DNA of 64,000 bases from the human T2T-CHM13v2.0 reference genome, Homo sapiens (GCF_009914755.1 NC_060932.1), one strand, 5' to 3'. Counted from the stretch's first letter, positions 36,690 to 58,094 are shown. Notes: generated from the letters alone by a model not told the origin. A program made the numbers and translations.

Positions 36690-37124
36690 GTGCTCATCAT
36701 CCTGTGTCCTTAGGGTAGCAAATGCAACATCATCCATCCAATCAGTTGGCCAAACCAGAAACCTGGGTATCATCTAGATTTCTCCTTTTTCCTCTCCCCT
36801 CACATAAAATCACAAAATATGCTGATGAAGCATCCTAAATACTCTCAAATCCATCCACCTCTCTCTCCTGCCAACACCCCACCATCCTTCACACCACCGC
36901 CATTCACAGCTGATGCTACTGCAACAGCCTCCTGATGGGTCTCCTCTCTTGTAGCTCCTCAAATTCTTTGCACTTGAAACTGTTTTGCCACAGAGATAGT
37001 GCATGTATAATTTCCTTCCCCTTTTTTTCCTTTGCTTAAAACATTTCACTAGCTGTGCATTTCTCTTGGGGTCCAGCCCCTTCTGTTCAACATGGATGGC
37101 CTTTGCACATCCTGCTTACCTCTC

Positions 37125-37125
<1 letters not shown>
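36690..37125 (+). mobile_element. L2 fragment
   Basis: ccatccaatcagttggccaaaccagaaacctggg...ctgcaacagcctcctgatgggtctcc. Confidence 0.65.
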
Positions 37126-38210
<1,085 letters not shown>

Positions 38211-38824
38211 CTACACAAGGATGGTACATGTAAGCACCTCCAGGAAGCTTCCCCTAACTCCAGTCTGGTTTAGAATTCCCCGTGTTTAGCACTGCACCCT
38301 GCGCTTCCTCCATCGCTGTGCCGAGACTGTCCCGTAGCTAGCCTGTGTCCTCCACGGAATGGTGAACTAGCTCCATGAGGCCAGTGATGGTCTCTAGTCA
38401 CCACTGTACGCTTAATCTGACCCCGTGAATGCCGTCCACCTAAAAAGAAAGTGGGCACCCAAAGACAAACTTCACCCAATTCGGCATTGTGTTCTGTGGA
38501 CTCGTCTTGAGGTGCACAAGCCCAAGATGTACCCTGATTAGATACTCTCCAGCAAGTGCCCAGAGTAGGTCCTTTATAGGCTGTCTCTGTGGTGTCGAGG
38601 CCACATGCCACCCGTGAGTAGGAGTCTGTGAGGGACTCATGCTGGAAGGACAGGCAGGTGTCCTGACTCCTAAGGAGGTTAGCCCATGGGGTGGAATGGC
38701 AAACATATATTTAAGAAAATTAAAGTTTATTCTACTTTATAAAATGAGAAATTGGAAACTGAAACTCTTTTGTGCCTCAAAACTTTCCTGGTGTCACCCA
38801 TCTTTGGAGAAGAGAGTTGAGTTC

Positions 38825-39461
<637 letters not shown>

Positions 39462-39718
39462 AAGTTCGCTTTAAGTTGGAACATTCCTTAGCTGTCAGGC
39501 TATTACCCAGCTGTCATTCTCGATTACTTTGGCTGACAGGTTTTCTGTGATATTTTTATTAAAAAGTAGTGGCCTGAGAATCCAGCAAGTAAAATTCTAG
39601 TGTTGGCTCTGTCAACAAGCTGTGTGGTCTTAGGCAGGTCAAGCTCTGGGCTCCCCTTTCTGTAAAATGAAAGGCACGAACTCAGGTTTCTTCTAGTTCC
39701 GAAATTCTGTCATTCTAG

Positions 39719-40256
39719 TACAATAGTCCCCCTTGTCTATGGGGGATATGTCCTGAGACACCCAGTGGATGCCTGAGACAGTGAATAGAAATGAATCCTA
39801 TATATACTGTGTTTTTTCCTATATTTATATTCCTATGATAAAGTTTAATTTATAAATTAAGCACAGTATGAAATTAACAACAAAAACTAATCATAAAATA
39901 GAACAATTACAACAATATGCAAGCCTCACTACTCTTGCACATTGGGGCCATTATAAAATAAAATGAGGGTTACTTGAACACAAGCACTGTGATACTGTGA
40001 CGGTCCATCTGATAACCTGGGGGGCTACTAAGTGGCTCACAGGCAGGGAGTGTAGACAGCGTGAATACGCTAGACAAGCAGAGGGTTCACGTTCCGGGTG
40101 GGATGAAGCAGGACAGCACGAGATCTTATCACAGTACTCACAATGGTGTGCAATTTAAAACTTACCAATTGCTCATTTCTGGGATTTTCCATTTAATATT
40201 TTTGGGCGGCAATTGATTGCTGAAAGCAATACCTCAGATAAGGGGGGATGACTGTG
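39719..40256 (-). mobile_element. MER44 (Tigger-family) non-autonomous DNA transposon
   Basis: TIRs caatagtcccccttgtc / gataaggggggatgactg; about 540 bp with a MER44-type interior. Confidence 0.85.
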
Positions 40257-40319
40257 AGTGATTCATTACAAGGCTTCTTGTTGTTACCACACAGTATAGC
40301 ATAGTCAATATTTGCAGAG

Positions 40320-40670
<351 letters not shown>

Positions 40671-40754
40671 TAATTTTACCATGCTACTCTCCCCACCTGG
40701 CCATATAGGATGCTTTTCTTTTCATTTTAGAAGAAAGTGTTTTTCTTACATAGT

Positions 40755-41398
40755 GTATTGGTAATCTATAGCTGCGTGACATATTACATTAAAATTCAGC
40801 AGTTTAAAATAATAAAGGTGACCTAGCCCAGTGGCTCCTGCCTGTAATCCCAACACTTCGGGAGGCTGAGGCAGGATGATCACTTGAAGCTAGGAGTTCA
40901 AGACCAGCCTGGGTGACAGAGCAAGACCCTGTCCCTAAAAAATAAATAAATAAAATGAAAATCAACAAATATGAATTATCTCACATGGTTTCTGAGAATG
41001 AAGAATCCTGGAGGAGCTTAACTAGCTTTCTCTGGCTCAGGACATGTGAAGTTATTGGCTGAAGCTACAGTATTGGGAAAACTTGCCTGGGGCTGGAGCT
41101 TTCCCTTCTAAGCACAGGCTGCTGGCAGGAGGCTTTAGCTTCTTACCATGTGGGTCTCTCAATAGGGCTGCTAATGACACAGTTTCTCCCAGAGAGAAAG
41201 AGAGAGAGAGAACAATGAGGCATGCCACAGTCTTGTAAAAACCTGATCACAGGAGTGACAATCCATCACGTCTGTCAAATTCTATTATCTACAAGAAACT
41301 CCCTAAATCCAGCCCACACTCAAGGGGAGAGGAATTAGCTCCACATTTTGAAGGGAGGAGTTTCAAGGAATTTGTGGATCTGTCTTTAAAATCATCAT
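40755..41398 (-). mobile_element. MLT1 (MLT1F/G-like) LTR with Alu monomer inserted at 40820-40960
   Basis: tgtattggt...tctcacatggtttctg...cttgcctggggctggag...ccagcccacactcaaggggagagg. Confidence 0.8.
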
Positions 41399-41484
41399 AG
41401 TTGACTAAATAGATGGGGAAGGGGTATAGTTTATAAAAACAAACTCTTCATCAAGTCAAATTTGACATTTCATTCTCTTAGAAA

Positions 41485-42043
<559 letters not shown>

Positions 42044-42364
42044 TGTTCTTAGAAAAATTTTAATATGATTTGTTATGAACCACACTCATACTCTTCTCAA
42101 ATTTGACTACGGAGTTATCTTTATTTTGAGACCAAACTTGGAATTACCAAAAACTTTATGACAAACAGAATTGTTCTTACTTCCAAATAAACATACATGA
42201 AAGAGCATTCATGATTGCTTAATTTAGTTATCAGTTTAAACTAATAGTCATAACACACAATCTTTCTGCCTGTAGACTTCTAGGAGAGGGGGAAAAAAAA
42301 CACTACCAAAACAGAATACTTGCCAATCTAACATGAATAATTTGGGGTTTTAATTGCTAATGTA

Positions 42365-42657
<293 letters not shown>

Positions 42658-42964
42658 TTGCTAATTTACTTTTGTTAATACATAATGGGCAGTAAAATGG
42701 TTAATTGCTACTCTTATCATGTCTGTTCTTTCAGGAAGGTTTCCTGAAAGGTGGAAATACTACTGTTAGCCATGAGGCTTTTGTTTGCTCTGGGATTAGT
42801 AAGGTAAAGAGAACCAAAGGCCGGTTGTAGAATCTGTGTAATATTATATATTATCCTAATATATCATTAGATGAAGGCTCTGCTAAATCTTTTTAAAAGA
42901 CGCCAAAGTCTCTTGTTTAACTTTGCTTTTAAACACTATTTTACAATGTCATAAATAAATTGAT

Positions 42965-42986
42965 TATATATATGTATATGCATATA

Positions 42987-43025
<39 letters not shown>

Positions 43026-43205
43026 TTTTTTTTTGAATCCGTCTCCTGGATTCAAGCGATTCTCCTGCCTCAGCCTCCCAAGGAGCTGGGATTACAGGCA
43101 AGTGCCACCACGCCTGGTTAATTTTTGTATTTTTAGTAGAGAGAAGGTTTCACCATGTTGGTCAGGCTGATCTCGAACTCCTGATCTCGTGATCTGCACC
43201 CAGCC
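42965..43205 (-). mobile_element. Deleted antisense Alu with (TA)/(TG) tail
   Basis: Microsatellite 42965-43025 then a partial Alu. Confidence 0.85.
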
Positions 43206-43313
43206 AATTTATTATATTTTTTATCAAGGCGACAATAGAGGTACAAGATCTTAATTTAGATGTTATAAATCTCAGATGCTGCGAACGTCCTGATTTCCTC
43301 TGTAAAGAAATTA

Positions 43314-43782
<469 letters not shown>

Positions 43783-44066
43783 TCACTGCAGAGAACTACT
43801 CTCAGTACTTCCAGCTTTTTAAGACCCAACCTGAGCTTTTCTCTTCACTACATAAAGTGCCAAATTACAGAATATTGTCCTGTATATATATTTTTGTTGT
43901 TTAAAAAATGATGCTCTGTGAGGGCAGAAAAAAAGAATAATTCCAGATCCACATCTGCTTCTGCACTGAGGGTCCATGGGCCTCATTTATTTCCGGCTGA
44001 AATCCTTGCTGAGGTGGGAAGCCAGTGCCTCCAAAGGCAGTCAGTTCCATTTTGGGGCTTCAATTA

Positions 44067-44795
<729 letters not shown>

Positions 44796-45032
44796 TCCCA
44801 TTATTGTTTCATACAGCAAATTCATCTTTAAGTATTTTCATCTCTACCTCCCTGTTCCTTTAATCGGCTGGTTCTATTCAACCCTCTGCAGCCATGCTGC
44901 ATAGTCTCATTCCTTTTCTCTGCGACTTCAGGGGACTCAAGTATTTTTCTCTTTTCCTTGTTGAACAGTTTTTGTTTATCCAGTATTCCTTGTATGTTAG
45001 GTTTTATAGATCCTCCCAACCCAGCCCCCTGA

Positions 45033-45596
<564 letters not shown>

Positions 45597-45864
45597 TGTA
45601 TGTAATTGAAACATAGAATCCCACTTTTATCAACACAAGGCAAGAAGGAACTGCCACCTCCCTAATCCTGATCAGCAGAATATTTTCAATGAAGCTTAAA
45701 TCCCTATTAGCTTTCTCAGCACCCTCATCATACATGGCTGACTCATACTGAGGTAATCAGAACTCCTAGGGCTGTTTTACATATGCTTCTAGTTACCACC
45801 TATTCTCACCTGTACTTGCACAGTTCGTTTGTAAGTTTGTTTTGCTGTTGTTCTTGTTATGGTG

Positions 45865-46000
45865 GGTTTTTTTTTCTTTTTTTTGGAGACAGGGTCTTGA
45901 TGTATTGCCCAGACTGGTCTTGAACTCCTGGGCTCAAGTGATCCTCCTGCCTCAGCCTCCCAAATTGCTCGGATCACAGGCATAAGCCACCATGCACAAC
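45865..46000 (-). mobile_element. FLAM monomer
   Basis: TSD GGTGGGTTTTT. Confidence 0.85.
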
Positions 46001-46039
46001 TGCGGTGGGTTTTTATTAATTATTTATCCTTATTTGATT

Positions 46040-46206
46040 TTTTTTTTTGAGATGGGGGTCTTGTTTGGTTGCCCAGGCTGTAGTGCAGAGGCCATTCACA
46101 GGCATAATCATAACACACTACATCCTTGAACTCCTGGGCTCAAGTGATCCTCCTGCCTCAGTCTCCTGAGTAGCTGGGACTATAGGTGCACACCACCATG
46201 CCTGGA
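46040..46206 (-). mobile_element. FAM (7SL-like fossil Alu monomer)
   Basis: Retains the 7SL/FAM segment gccattcacaggcataatcataacacactaca. Confidence 0.75.
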
Positions 46207-46808
46207 TTATCCTTGTTTTATTCTAACATATTAAATGCAGCGTACAGAGATAATTTTGGATTCTATGTGTTCATTATCCTTCTCAGCTGCGTGGAACTAT
46301 TGAAAAGTCCAGTTGCTGTTTGCATCCCTGCCTCTTAGACTTTGCAAGACATAGCATATTCTTTGCCAAAAAGAACAGCCTCCTTCCTCACAGTTCCATG
46401 TGCGGCTGGCCTGGGAGCAGCTGCACTTTCCTAGTGAGCTGTAGGCTTGCCATGCTACTCCAGGCTTCAATGAATCCTCGGGTATTCCTCTTCCTTGTGA
46501 ATGTCAAACAGCAGCTGACCTGCATCCTGTGGTGGGGCACTCTTCACACGTAGTTTGCCCAGTAAAACTGTGAGTTATGTTAATGCCAGTGAATTATCAT
46601 GCTCCAGGTTACAATACTGGCTACCAGGTTCTGTGCATTAGGCTCATGGGAGAAGGTGATGGAATTGCTCAAGAGGATACATAGGACATTTACCCTCACC
46701 CCACCCAGACCCCACCATTACACTCCATTACACTCAGACTTCCAAAACACATGCTCACTTTCTCCTTGTTTGAAAGACAAAAATGCTTAGAGGTTTAAAT
46801 TTCTATCT

Positions 46809-47128
<320 letters not shown>

Positions 47129-47464
47129 ATGTGTTATCTTGGACAAATGAATGAACTTTTCCGGCAAGAGTAAAATGAGGGAGTTGCACTGAGGTCACCT
47201 CCAGTTGCCCAAGAAGCAGAATTCTGTAGTTTATTCCAGTTCTCTGTTTCCACTGAAAAGTAGTCTTGTGTCACAATCTCATAGTTCATAGTTTAGGTAT
47301 GTCCCACAGTCCATAGCACTGGATTAAGGATGCAAAGGGTCTCCTGATGATCATGATTTCCAACATGAGCCTGCAGTGAAAATTATCTTGGGCATCTCAA
47401 TGTCTTCAATTTTCTGGGGGTAAAATTACCTCGTCTAAAAGTTATTTGCATAGGGAAAATAATA

Positions 47465-47752
47465 TTTTTTTTGAGATGGAATCTCACTCTGTCACCCAGG
47501 CTAGAGTGCAGTGGTGAGATCTCAGCTCACTGCAACCTCTGCCTCCCGGGTTCAAGCAATTCTCTGCCTCAGCCTCCTGAGTAGCTGAGATTACAGGTGC
47601 CCATCACCACGCCCGGGTAATTTTTTTGTATTTTTAGTAGAGACGGGATTTCACCATCTTGTCCAGGCTGGTCTTGAACTCCTGACCTTGTGATCCACCT
47701 GCCTCAGCTTCCAAAGTGCTGGGATTACAGGTGTGAGCCACTGTGCCCAGCC
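47465..47752 (-). mobile_element. AluS
   Basis: GGGAAAAT flanks. Confidence 0.95.
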
Positions 47753-48017
47753 AGTGGGAAAATGATTTCTAAAATGATATGCAATCTGAATTCCAGATGT
47801 AGATATATTTTTATTGGAATTCCTGACCCATTGGTACTTTACATTAAACATCTTTCACACAAAGTGGCTCCTTTTCCTGAATTTTCTTTATAGGTGGGCA
47901 GCACCACCCAAGAATCAAGAGAGCCAAATCAAATGTCTTCCCTCTCTTCTCCTGGGCTCCAGCCCCGTTGTCCATCCTGCTGACCATTTGGTCAACAAAT
48001 GCTGTTGATACAAGTTA

Positions 48018-48286
<269 letters not shown>

Positions 48287-48939
48287 TCAGTCCTCCTGTC
48301 CATGGTCTACCTCGAGGCTGGTGCAATCATTTCCGGAATACGATCTGGTCACGAGGCTTCCCTGACCCTTTAGAGCTCTCTCTGTGGTATGACACTCAAG
48401 GCCCACAGAATCCAGAGCCTACTGCCCTGCAGCCACAGGTCCTGCTCTTCTTCCACGGGATGCCCAGGGCTTCAGTCCCATTCCTTCATGTTTCTGCTGG
48501 CTGACTTCACTGTATCCTTTGAGACTTAGCCAAAGCATTGCCTCCCTTGAAGAAAGGAAACATCAGGGGTCCTTTCCACGATGTTTTACCATGGCGGATT
48601 TAGGTGCCTGTTCGCCCACACGCCCCCTTACTGGACTGTAAGGTTCTCGAGTAGAGGAATGGTATCTTTGATGCCAGGGCAGTAGGAGGAATTCCGTGAG
48701 AGCAGACTACATAAGCACAATTTTGCTGCCTGTACTTTTTTTCTATAGCACAATTCTATTGAAATATCCTTTCTGGTTTAAATTATGGAGAGAAAATAAA
48801 TAAACTAAAAATGGTCTGGATGGGAAGAGTTTATCTAAAAAGAATTTTGTCCAAAGCAGTGATGATCCCAAATAAAACTTTCATCTTCTTGAAATTCCTC
48901 AGAAAATACTGTATGCAGGCAGAAAGTTTTCTTAAAATG

Positions 48940-49195
48940 TCCTCATTAGTTAGTTTTCTCAGCAAATATTTACTGAGGGCATACTGTTTGCTAAGCCCTG
49001 AAATAAGCATTGGGTGATGGCATGAAAGGATAAGGCCAAGTCCTTGTCCTTGTAGAATTTAGAATCTGGTGGGGAATTAAATACCAAACAGTAAAAAACA
49101 AAAAGGCTGGAATATGAATCAGCAGTTAATTGATAAAGGCTGGGTGCTGATGTAGAAAATAACAGTAGAGCCTATGTAGATGGGGTGGTCTGAGA
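48940..49195 (-). mobile_element. L2 3' fragment
   Basis: ctcagcaaatatttactgagggcatactg...gtccttgtccttgtagaatttagaatctggtgggg. Confidence 0.7.
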
Positions 49196-49198
49196 TGG

Positions 49199-49243
49199 TG
49201 TATTAGTCTGTTCTCACATTGCTATAAAGACATACATACCTGA
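49199..49243 (-). mobile_element. MST/THE1-type MaLR LTR terminal fragment
   Basis: TGTATTAGTCTGTTCTCACATTGCTATAAAGACATAC...CTGAG. Confidence 0.75.
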
Positions 49244-49870
<627 letters not shown>

Positions 49871-50249
49871 ACAGAAAATGAACAAAAGACATGAAAAGAC
49901 ATTGTGCTGAAGAGGGTATACAGATGACAAATAAACACACATGAAAAGATGTTCAAAATCATTAACCATCAGGTAAATGCAAATTAAACCAGAGTGAGAT
50001 ATCACTACACATCTATTAGGATATTTAAAGTAAAAAATAGTGACAACACCAAGTGCTGTCAAGAAGGATGCAGAGAAACTGGATCACTCATACACTGATG
50101 AGTATTTAACATGGTATATACATATCATGGAATACTACTCAACCATGAAAGGAATAGCTATTGATAGTTCATGCAAAACCTTGAATGAATCTGGGGGGCG
50201 GAGAGCCAATCCCCAAAGGTAACATACCGTATGATTCCATTTTTATAAT

Positions 50250-50617
50250 TTTTTTTTTTTTGAGACAGGAGTCTTACCCAGGCTGGAGTGCAGTAGCTTG
50301 ATCTTGGCTCACTTCAACCTCCACCACCTGGGTTCAAGTGATTCTCCTGCCTCAGAAAGGAGATTTCAATAAAATTGTGCTGTAGAAAAAAAGTACAGGC
50401 AGCAAAATTGTGCTTATGTGGTCTGATCTCACAGAATTCCCCTGAGTAGCTGGGATTAGAGGAGCCCACCACCATGCCCGGCTGATTTTTACATTTTTAG
50501 TGGAGACAGGGTTTTGCCATGTTGGGCAGGTTGGTCTTGAACTCCTGACCTCAGGCGATCCGCCTGCCTCAGCCTCCCAAAGTGCTGGGATTATAGGCAT
50601 GAGCCACCACACCCAGC
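50250..50617 (-). mobile_element. AluS carrying an 88-bp templated insert
   Basis: Alu interrupted at 50353-50440. Confidence 0.95.
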
Positions 50618-50862
50618 TATATAATCTTGAAATGAAAAAAAGTTTCGAAGGAAAGAGCAGATTAGTGGTTACCCATAATTAGGGTGGGAGATGGGTGTGG
50701 TTATACAAGGGCATTAAAAGAAATCCTTGTGATGGAACTCTCTGCACCTTGACTGTGGTGGTGAACACACATAAAATTTATAGCATAAATACACATGCAC
50801 ACAAATAAATATAAGTAAAACTGGGGAAATTTGAAAAAGGTCAGTAGAGTATATCAATGTAG

Positions 50863-51639
<777 letters not shown>

Positions 51640-52371
51640 TAATTATATAAAAAAAAATCTGTAGAGACAGGGTCTTGCTATTTTGACCAGGGTGGTCTCA
51701 AACTCCTGGGCTCAAGTGATCCTCCCTCCTTGGCCCCACAAAGTGATGGGATTATAGGGCTGACCACCGCACCCAGCCCAAAGTTGATATCCAGGTTGTG
51801 ATGACATACCACAATTTCACAAGATGTTATTATTGGGCGAAACTAGGTAAAATTGTGAATAGGCTCTTTATTATTTCTTACAACTGCATGTAAATCTATA
51901 ATTATCTCAAATTTTCAATTTTTGAATTAAAAAACTGGTAAAAAGGGATTTGAGGAAATGATATTAACAAGTATGCCAAAAAACATATAAAAGAAATACA
52001 AGAAAAATGAATAAAAAGAAAAAAGAAGAAAAAAATCTCTGAAGAGAATGGGAGTTGAGCGCGGGGGAAGTTAGACTGAAAGCCGGGATACCAGTGAAGA
52101 GGCGGCTGCTATGGAGATACCAAATGATGACTGAGACCACGGGGGCTGAGGGGAGAATCACGATGGAGAGGAAGAGAGAACTGGGGTTGATTTGAGCTCT
52201 AGCGTCTAGACCTTCGACACTTGAAAATAATTTTCCCAGAGAGCTTCCCAAAGGCCCAAATTTGCAAGAATCATGATAACATATAATAAAAATATCAGTA
52301 TCAATGACATACAATGAAACATTCATCAACATTCCTCTTCCTTTAGTCACAGTGATAAAAAACAAGAACAA

Positions 52372-52706
<335 letters not shown>

Positions 52707-53338
52707 TCAAAGTACGAGTGGATTCTGGGCTCTGGAGAGTCTTGTGGGGTCTCACCTTCACTGCCCTCCTTCTCCCCTCCTACTTCTTGTAAATGGAATC
52801 TGGCGGCAGATTCCATTCCAGGTCCAAGCAATGGCCTGGACTTTGCCCTTCATTGTTACCTTGAATGACAAGGGGGATAAGGAAGACTGCTAGGCGGGTT
52901 TGCTTCCCACTTCCCCAGGAACCCTGGAAATGCACCATCGCATGCATGCCACACCCTCTTCACATCTATGCGTCTACTTTCCACCCATGCCTGAGATTAA
53001 ATCTCATTCCTTCCGCATGATGCACTTTCTGTATAGACCTTGGAGGCACTCTTGGTAGAGATGTTAAATCTCTGAGTATCAAGGGCCTTCTCGCCTGTTG
53101 TTTCCATGTGATTGGGACAGTGTTTTTCTCTGGGTGAGATCAAACGACTTACACTAGAAAGGCCTTCAGAATCACAAACAATGATTTAAGAACTAAACAA
53201 AGTCCTAGCCCAAAATATAGGAGACAATTCAAAGAAAGTAAAGAATAATTCTAACACAAATGTGAAAAATAGATAAGTGATAACATACAGAAGATACAAC
53301 ATCTACTTACATTTATTATATTAAAATCACTAAGGATG

Positions 53339-53653
53339 GGCTAGGCTTGGTGGCTCATGCCTGTAAGCCCAGCATTTTGGTAGGCTGAAGTGGACAGATT
53401 GCTTGAGTCCAGGAGTTCAAGACCAGCCTGGGCAACATGGTGAAACCTCACCGCTACCAAAAAAAATACAAAAATTAGCTGGGTGTGGTGGCACGTGCCT
53501 GTGGTCCCAGCTACTTGGGAGGCTGAGGTGGGAGGATCTCTTGAGCCCAGAGGAAGAGGTTCCAGTGAGCCACAACCACACCACTGCCCTCCAGCCTGGA
53601 CAACAGAGTGAGACCCTGTCTCAAAAAAGAAAAAGAAAAAGAAAGAAAAAAAA
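53339..53653 (+). mobile_element. AluJ
   Basis: Full dimer. Confidence 0.95.
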
Positions 53654-54389
53654 GGTGCTAAGAATGAAGAGAACCAAGCTGTGTAGCTGTAAGATATAGA
53701 TTGTGACTGTTTTCATGTCACCGATTCACAGTGACTTGAATTTCCAGGGAAGTACTAGACATCTGGCCCTTTGTAACTGACATTGTGGCTTTCCAATACC
53801 ACGCCAGAGGAGGGAGATGAGGAGGTCCAGAAGTGTCCTGGTGAAATGCAAAGGATGGTTCAACTCCTGGAGGGTCCAAGTGGCCCTTTCCCAGTTACCT
53901 CTCCCGCATTCCTGAGTGATCAGGCACAGAAGACACCAGCTACAAGATAACCAAGTCCTTATGAAATCAGGAGGCAAGTTTCACAGGTGCCCCCAAATCA
54001 ACCTCAAACAGCTGACAGCTAACTTATAGTTTTAGGAGATTTGCAACTAAAATGAAAGTTCAGAAATGAGTCAAGTATCCAGATTCAGAGTGGGATGGAA
54101 TATCACATTTGGGATGGTGTGGGAGGTGATGGAACTACCAGGAATGAGAATCCTGGGGGAGAATGACTAGAACTAAAAATGAAAATAAAAATAAAACACA
54201 AAATCATACTGGGCACCTGAAAATGCAAGATAAAGCTCTAAAAAAAAAAAAGAGACCATCTATTTGTTTCATGATAACTCACCATTTTGTCTGCTTCTCT
54301 ATCTCTTGAAAATGTACTTTTAAAAAGATTCACTTTGTAGCATATATGTGGATGAAATCTTTTCACTGTTTAGGTACCTTACTGAGGGC

Positions 54390-54452
54390 TGCCGCCTCCT
54401 CCTCCTGCTCTTCCCCTCCCTGCCTCCTCCTCCTCGCTTTTCTCTTCTTCTT
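54390..54452. repeat. (CCT)n/(CTT)n polypyrimidine low-complexity tract
   Basis: Directly visible. Confidence 0.8.
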
Positions 54453-54486
54453 CGGTCTTTTTGTCCACATAAAACAAAATCATTTA

Positions 54487-55217
<731 letters not shown>

Positions 55218-56167
55218 AAATATCACATCTTTCTAAACATTTGGTAAAATCTTAAATAGCCTTATTTCACTCCAAATGCACACACCCTTTCTTTGTGAAG
55301 TCTTCCTAAGAGACAGTCTGTGTCATATTCTCTGCCCCACTTCTCCATTAGACAGAAGAGATTTGCTCTTCATGTGACCCCTTCCATGTTCCAGCTGAGA
55401 ACCGTGAGGGCCTTCTTATCTTTGTACTTCAAAGGTTAGTACAGGGCCTGTCACACAGCTTACTCAATAGCCCTAGCTCAAGAAAACATGTTGAATAAAA
55501 AGAATCCAAACAAAAAAACTACTCAGTAGGGTGAAATTAAGTCATCATGATCATTAGCTCTTCTGGTCACATGATTTGTAAGGCCTGTGACAAAGTTCCA
55601 GAAGGCAACACTCGTCTCACTCATCATTTTAGCATCATTCCTATACCTGTTTCTATAAAATATTGTAGAATCTTCTTTAGCTAGTGCCCAGCCTCAAGAT
55701 GACGATCTAAGTCTCTGACCACAGCTCAGTTCCAAGAAAGTTTTGGCCAGACTGCTGGAGAATCCTCAAGCCAAAGTCTTTCATTAAAGGCATCTCAAGT
55801 CTTCCAGGACTGGCCTGTATTAGTGCCATGTGTGACAGGAACACAATTGGGATCTCGAGGGGCAGCGGCTGGCCTGTCAGTTATGCTCTCCACAGTGGGT
55901 CTGAGCACCACAGCTCATCTGTTGAGTTTTGTAAGCTGTTGATTTTATTTTTCATTGTTAGGTTTTCTATTTGGGTCTTTATCAGATCCACAGGTTTTGC
56001 TTCTATTCTAGTTGGTTTTGCTTTCTCAGTTCTTGCTCTTTTTATGGATGTTATCATTGAGAATTCTTAGCATTCACATTTAGAAATATTTCTCAGACTG
56101 TTCTAATTACTTTTATTTCATTAGAAGTGTATTTGGGTTGTTCATATAGTTGGCTTTGTCAATTTAA

Positions 56168-56588
<421 letters not shown>

Positions 56589-56611
56589 AGTATTTTCTTT
56601 ATGTGTTTAGA

Positions 56612-56908
56612 ATCTTTTTTATTTTTAGAGACAGGGTCTCCTCTCTGTTGCCCAGCTTGGAGTAAAGTGGTGCGATCATAGCTCACTGCAGCCTCCAATT
56701 CCTTGCTCAAGCCATCCTCCTGCCTCAGCCTCCCACGTATGAGTAGCTGGGACTACAGGGGTGAGCCACCATGTCCACCTAATTTTAAGAAATTTTGAGA
56801 GGCAGGGTCTCGCTATGTTGTCCAGACTAGTCTTAAACTCCTGGCTTCAGGCAATCCTGTCCTTTCAGCCTCCCGAGTTGCTGCAATTACAGGTGAGAGG
56901 CACAGTGC
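56612..56908 (-). mobile_element. AluJ
   Basis: Diverged antisense dimer. Confidence 0.9.
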
Positions 56909-57014
56909 TTATATTCAGAATTTTTATTTGCAGGCAAATCTAGAGTGGGACATTTCTTTGTCTCTCTCCTTTCCTCCTTCTATCTCTCCCTATACTCTGC
57001 TTTTTCCGTTAGGT

Positions 57015-57222
57015 CAGCTCTATCCAATAGAACTTTCTGCAATGATGGAAGTATTTTGTATCTGCACTATCCAGTACAGTAGCACTAGCCACATGTGGCT
57101 ATAGAGTACCTGGAAGATAGCTAATGAGACTGAGAAACTGAATTTTAAATTTTAATTTTAATGAATGTAAATTAGAATGTATGTAGCCACATAAGGCTAG
57201 TGGCTACTGTGCTGGTCAGTGT
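57015..57222 (+). mobile_element. MER3 hAT relic
   Basis: tccaatagaactttctgcaatgatgg...ctagccacatgtggcta...gctagtggctactgtg. Confidence 0.85.
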
Positions 57223-58094
57223 AGGTAGTATTTTAGTAATTGCCTGACTGGGCTCCCTAACCAAGAACCAGAACTTCTATGGGCGGCTGGAGGAAGGGAT
57301 ATTCTAGATCTTGTCATTGGACGAGGGCAGAGGGTGGCTCAATTCCTAGTCTCTGGGCTATGTGTGAGCTCTTTCTAGGAATACATTTTAATATAAACCA
57401 TGGCCCCAGGTTACAGATTTTGGGAGCTTTCTCTCAGAAACAGTGGATCCCTATCCCAGGCTCTAGCTTTAAGCTGTGGATCTTCCACTGTATCAGATGG
57501 GGCATCTTTCTTCCTCATTATCCCACAAAAATCACACTCTGGCCCGGCCTGCCTTCTCCCAGACCCAAAGCATGTCAGGCTGTATCTTCGTTGTGTCCAC
57601 TGCTCTAAGTTTTCTTCTCTTTCTGACCCATAGTCATTTACATTTTGTTTTGGGCACAGCCATAACTTTACGGCTTTTTCTTTCTGTGCTTTAACTAATG
57701 GTGCAATGTATTTGGAATTCAGAAAGCTAGACTGAATCTGCGAAGTGCTAACAAATGGGATAGAGTTTCTGTATTTTTTAACAGGATGATGGTAGTATAG
57801 GTAGAAAGGGTCATAAAAGTTAACTATCTTAAGAAGCAGTTTAGAATTTGACTCTTTTGTTGTATTGTGAAGATGCGAGTGCTGTGGGGAAGTGTGACAA
57901 GGCCACTGCTGAAGTCTCCCTGGGTGTGGCCCTCAGCTCTGCAGGGTGGGGCACCTAGGGCTGACAGGCAACTGATACCACCCCAACTTCAAAACCTTCA
58001 CCATGATGCCAGCAAAGCTTACGCTTCAAATCCATTCACTTGCGCTGGTCCTTTCCAATGCCCTGGGAGCAATTTCATATTTGCCAGTTTGTGT

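Noticed and set aside
38270-38611. 113-aa non-Alu minus-strand ORF
   Set aside because: No recognisable domain, non-ATG start, partly overlaps L2-like sequence; consistent with chance in GC-richer DNA
46280-46520. Three CAGCTG E-boxes within 240 bp
   Set aside because: 6-mers are common; no independent support
54372-54470. Minus-strand acidic/Gly-rich reading (KKTEEEEKSEEEEAGRG) near a possible donor
   Set aside because: Explained by a low-complexity (CCT)n tract; no acceptor or start support
55900-56070. Hydrophobic 80-aa ORF resembling a membrane peptide
   Set aside because: T-rich antisense of probable degraded L1 sequence
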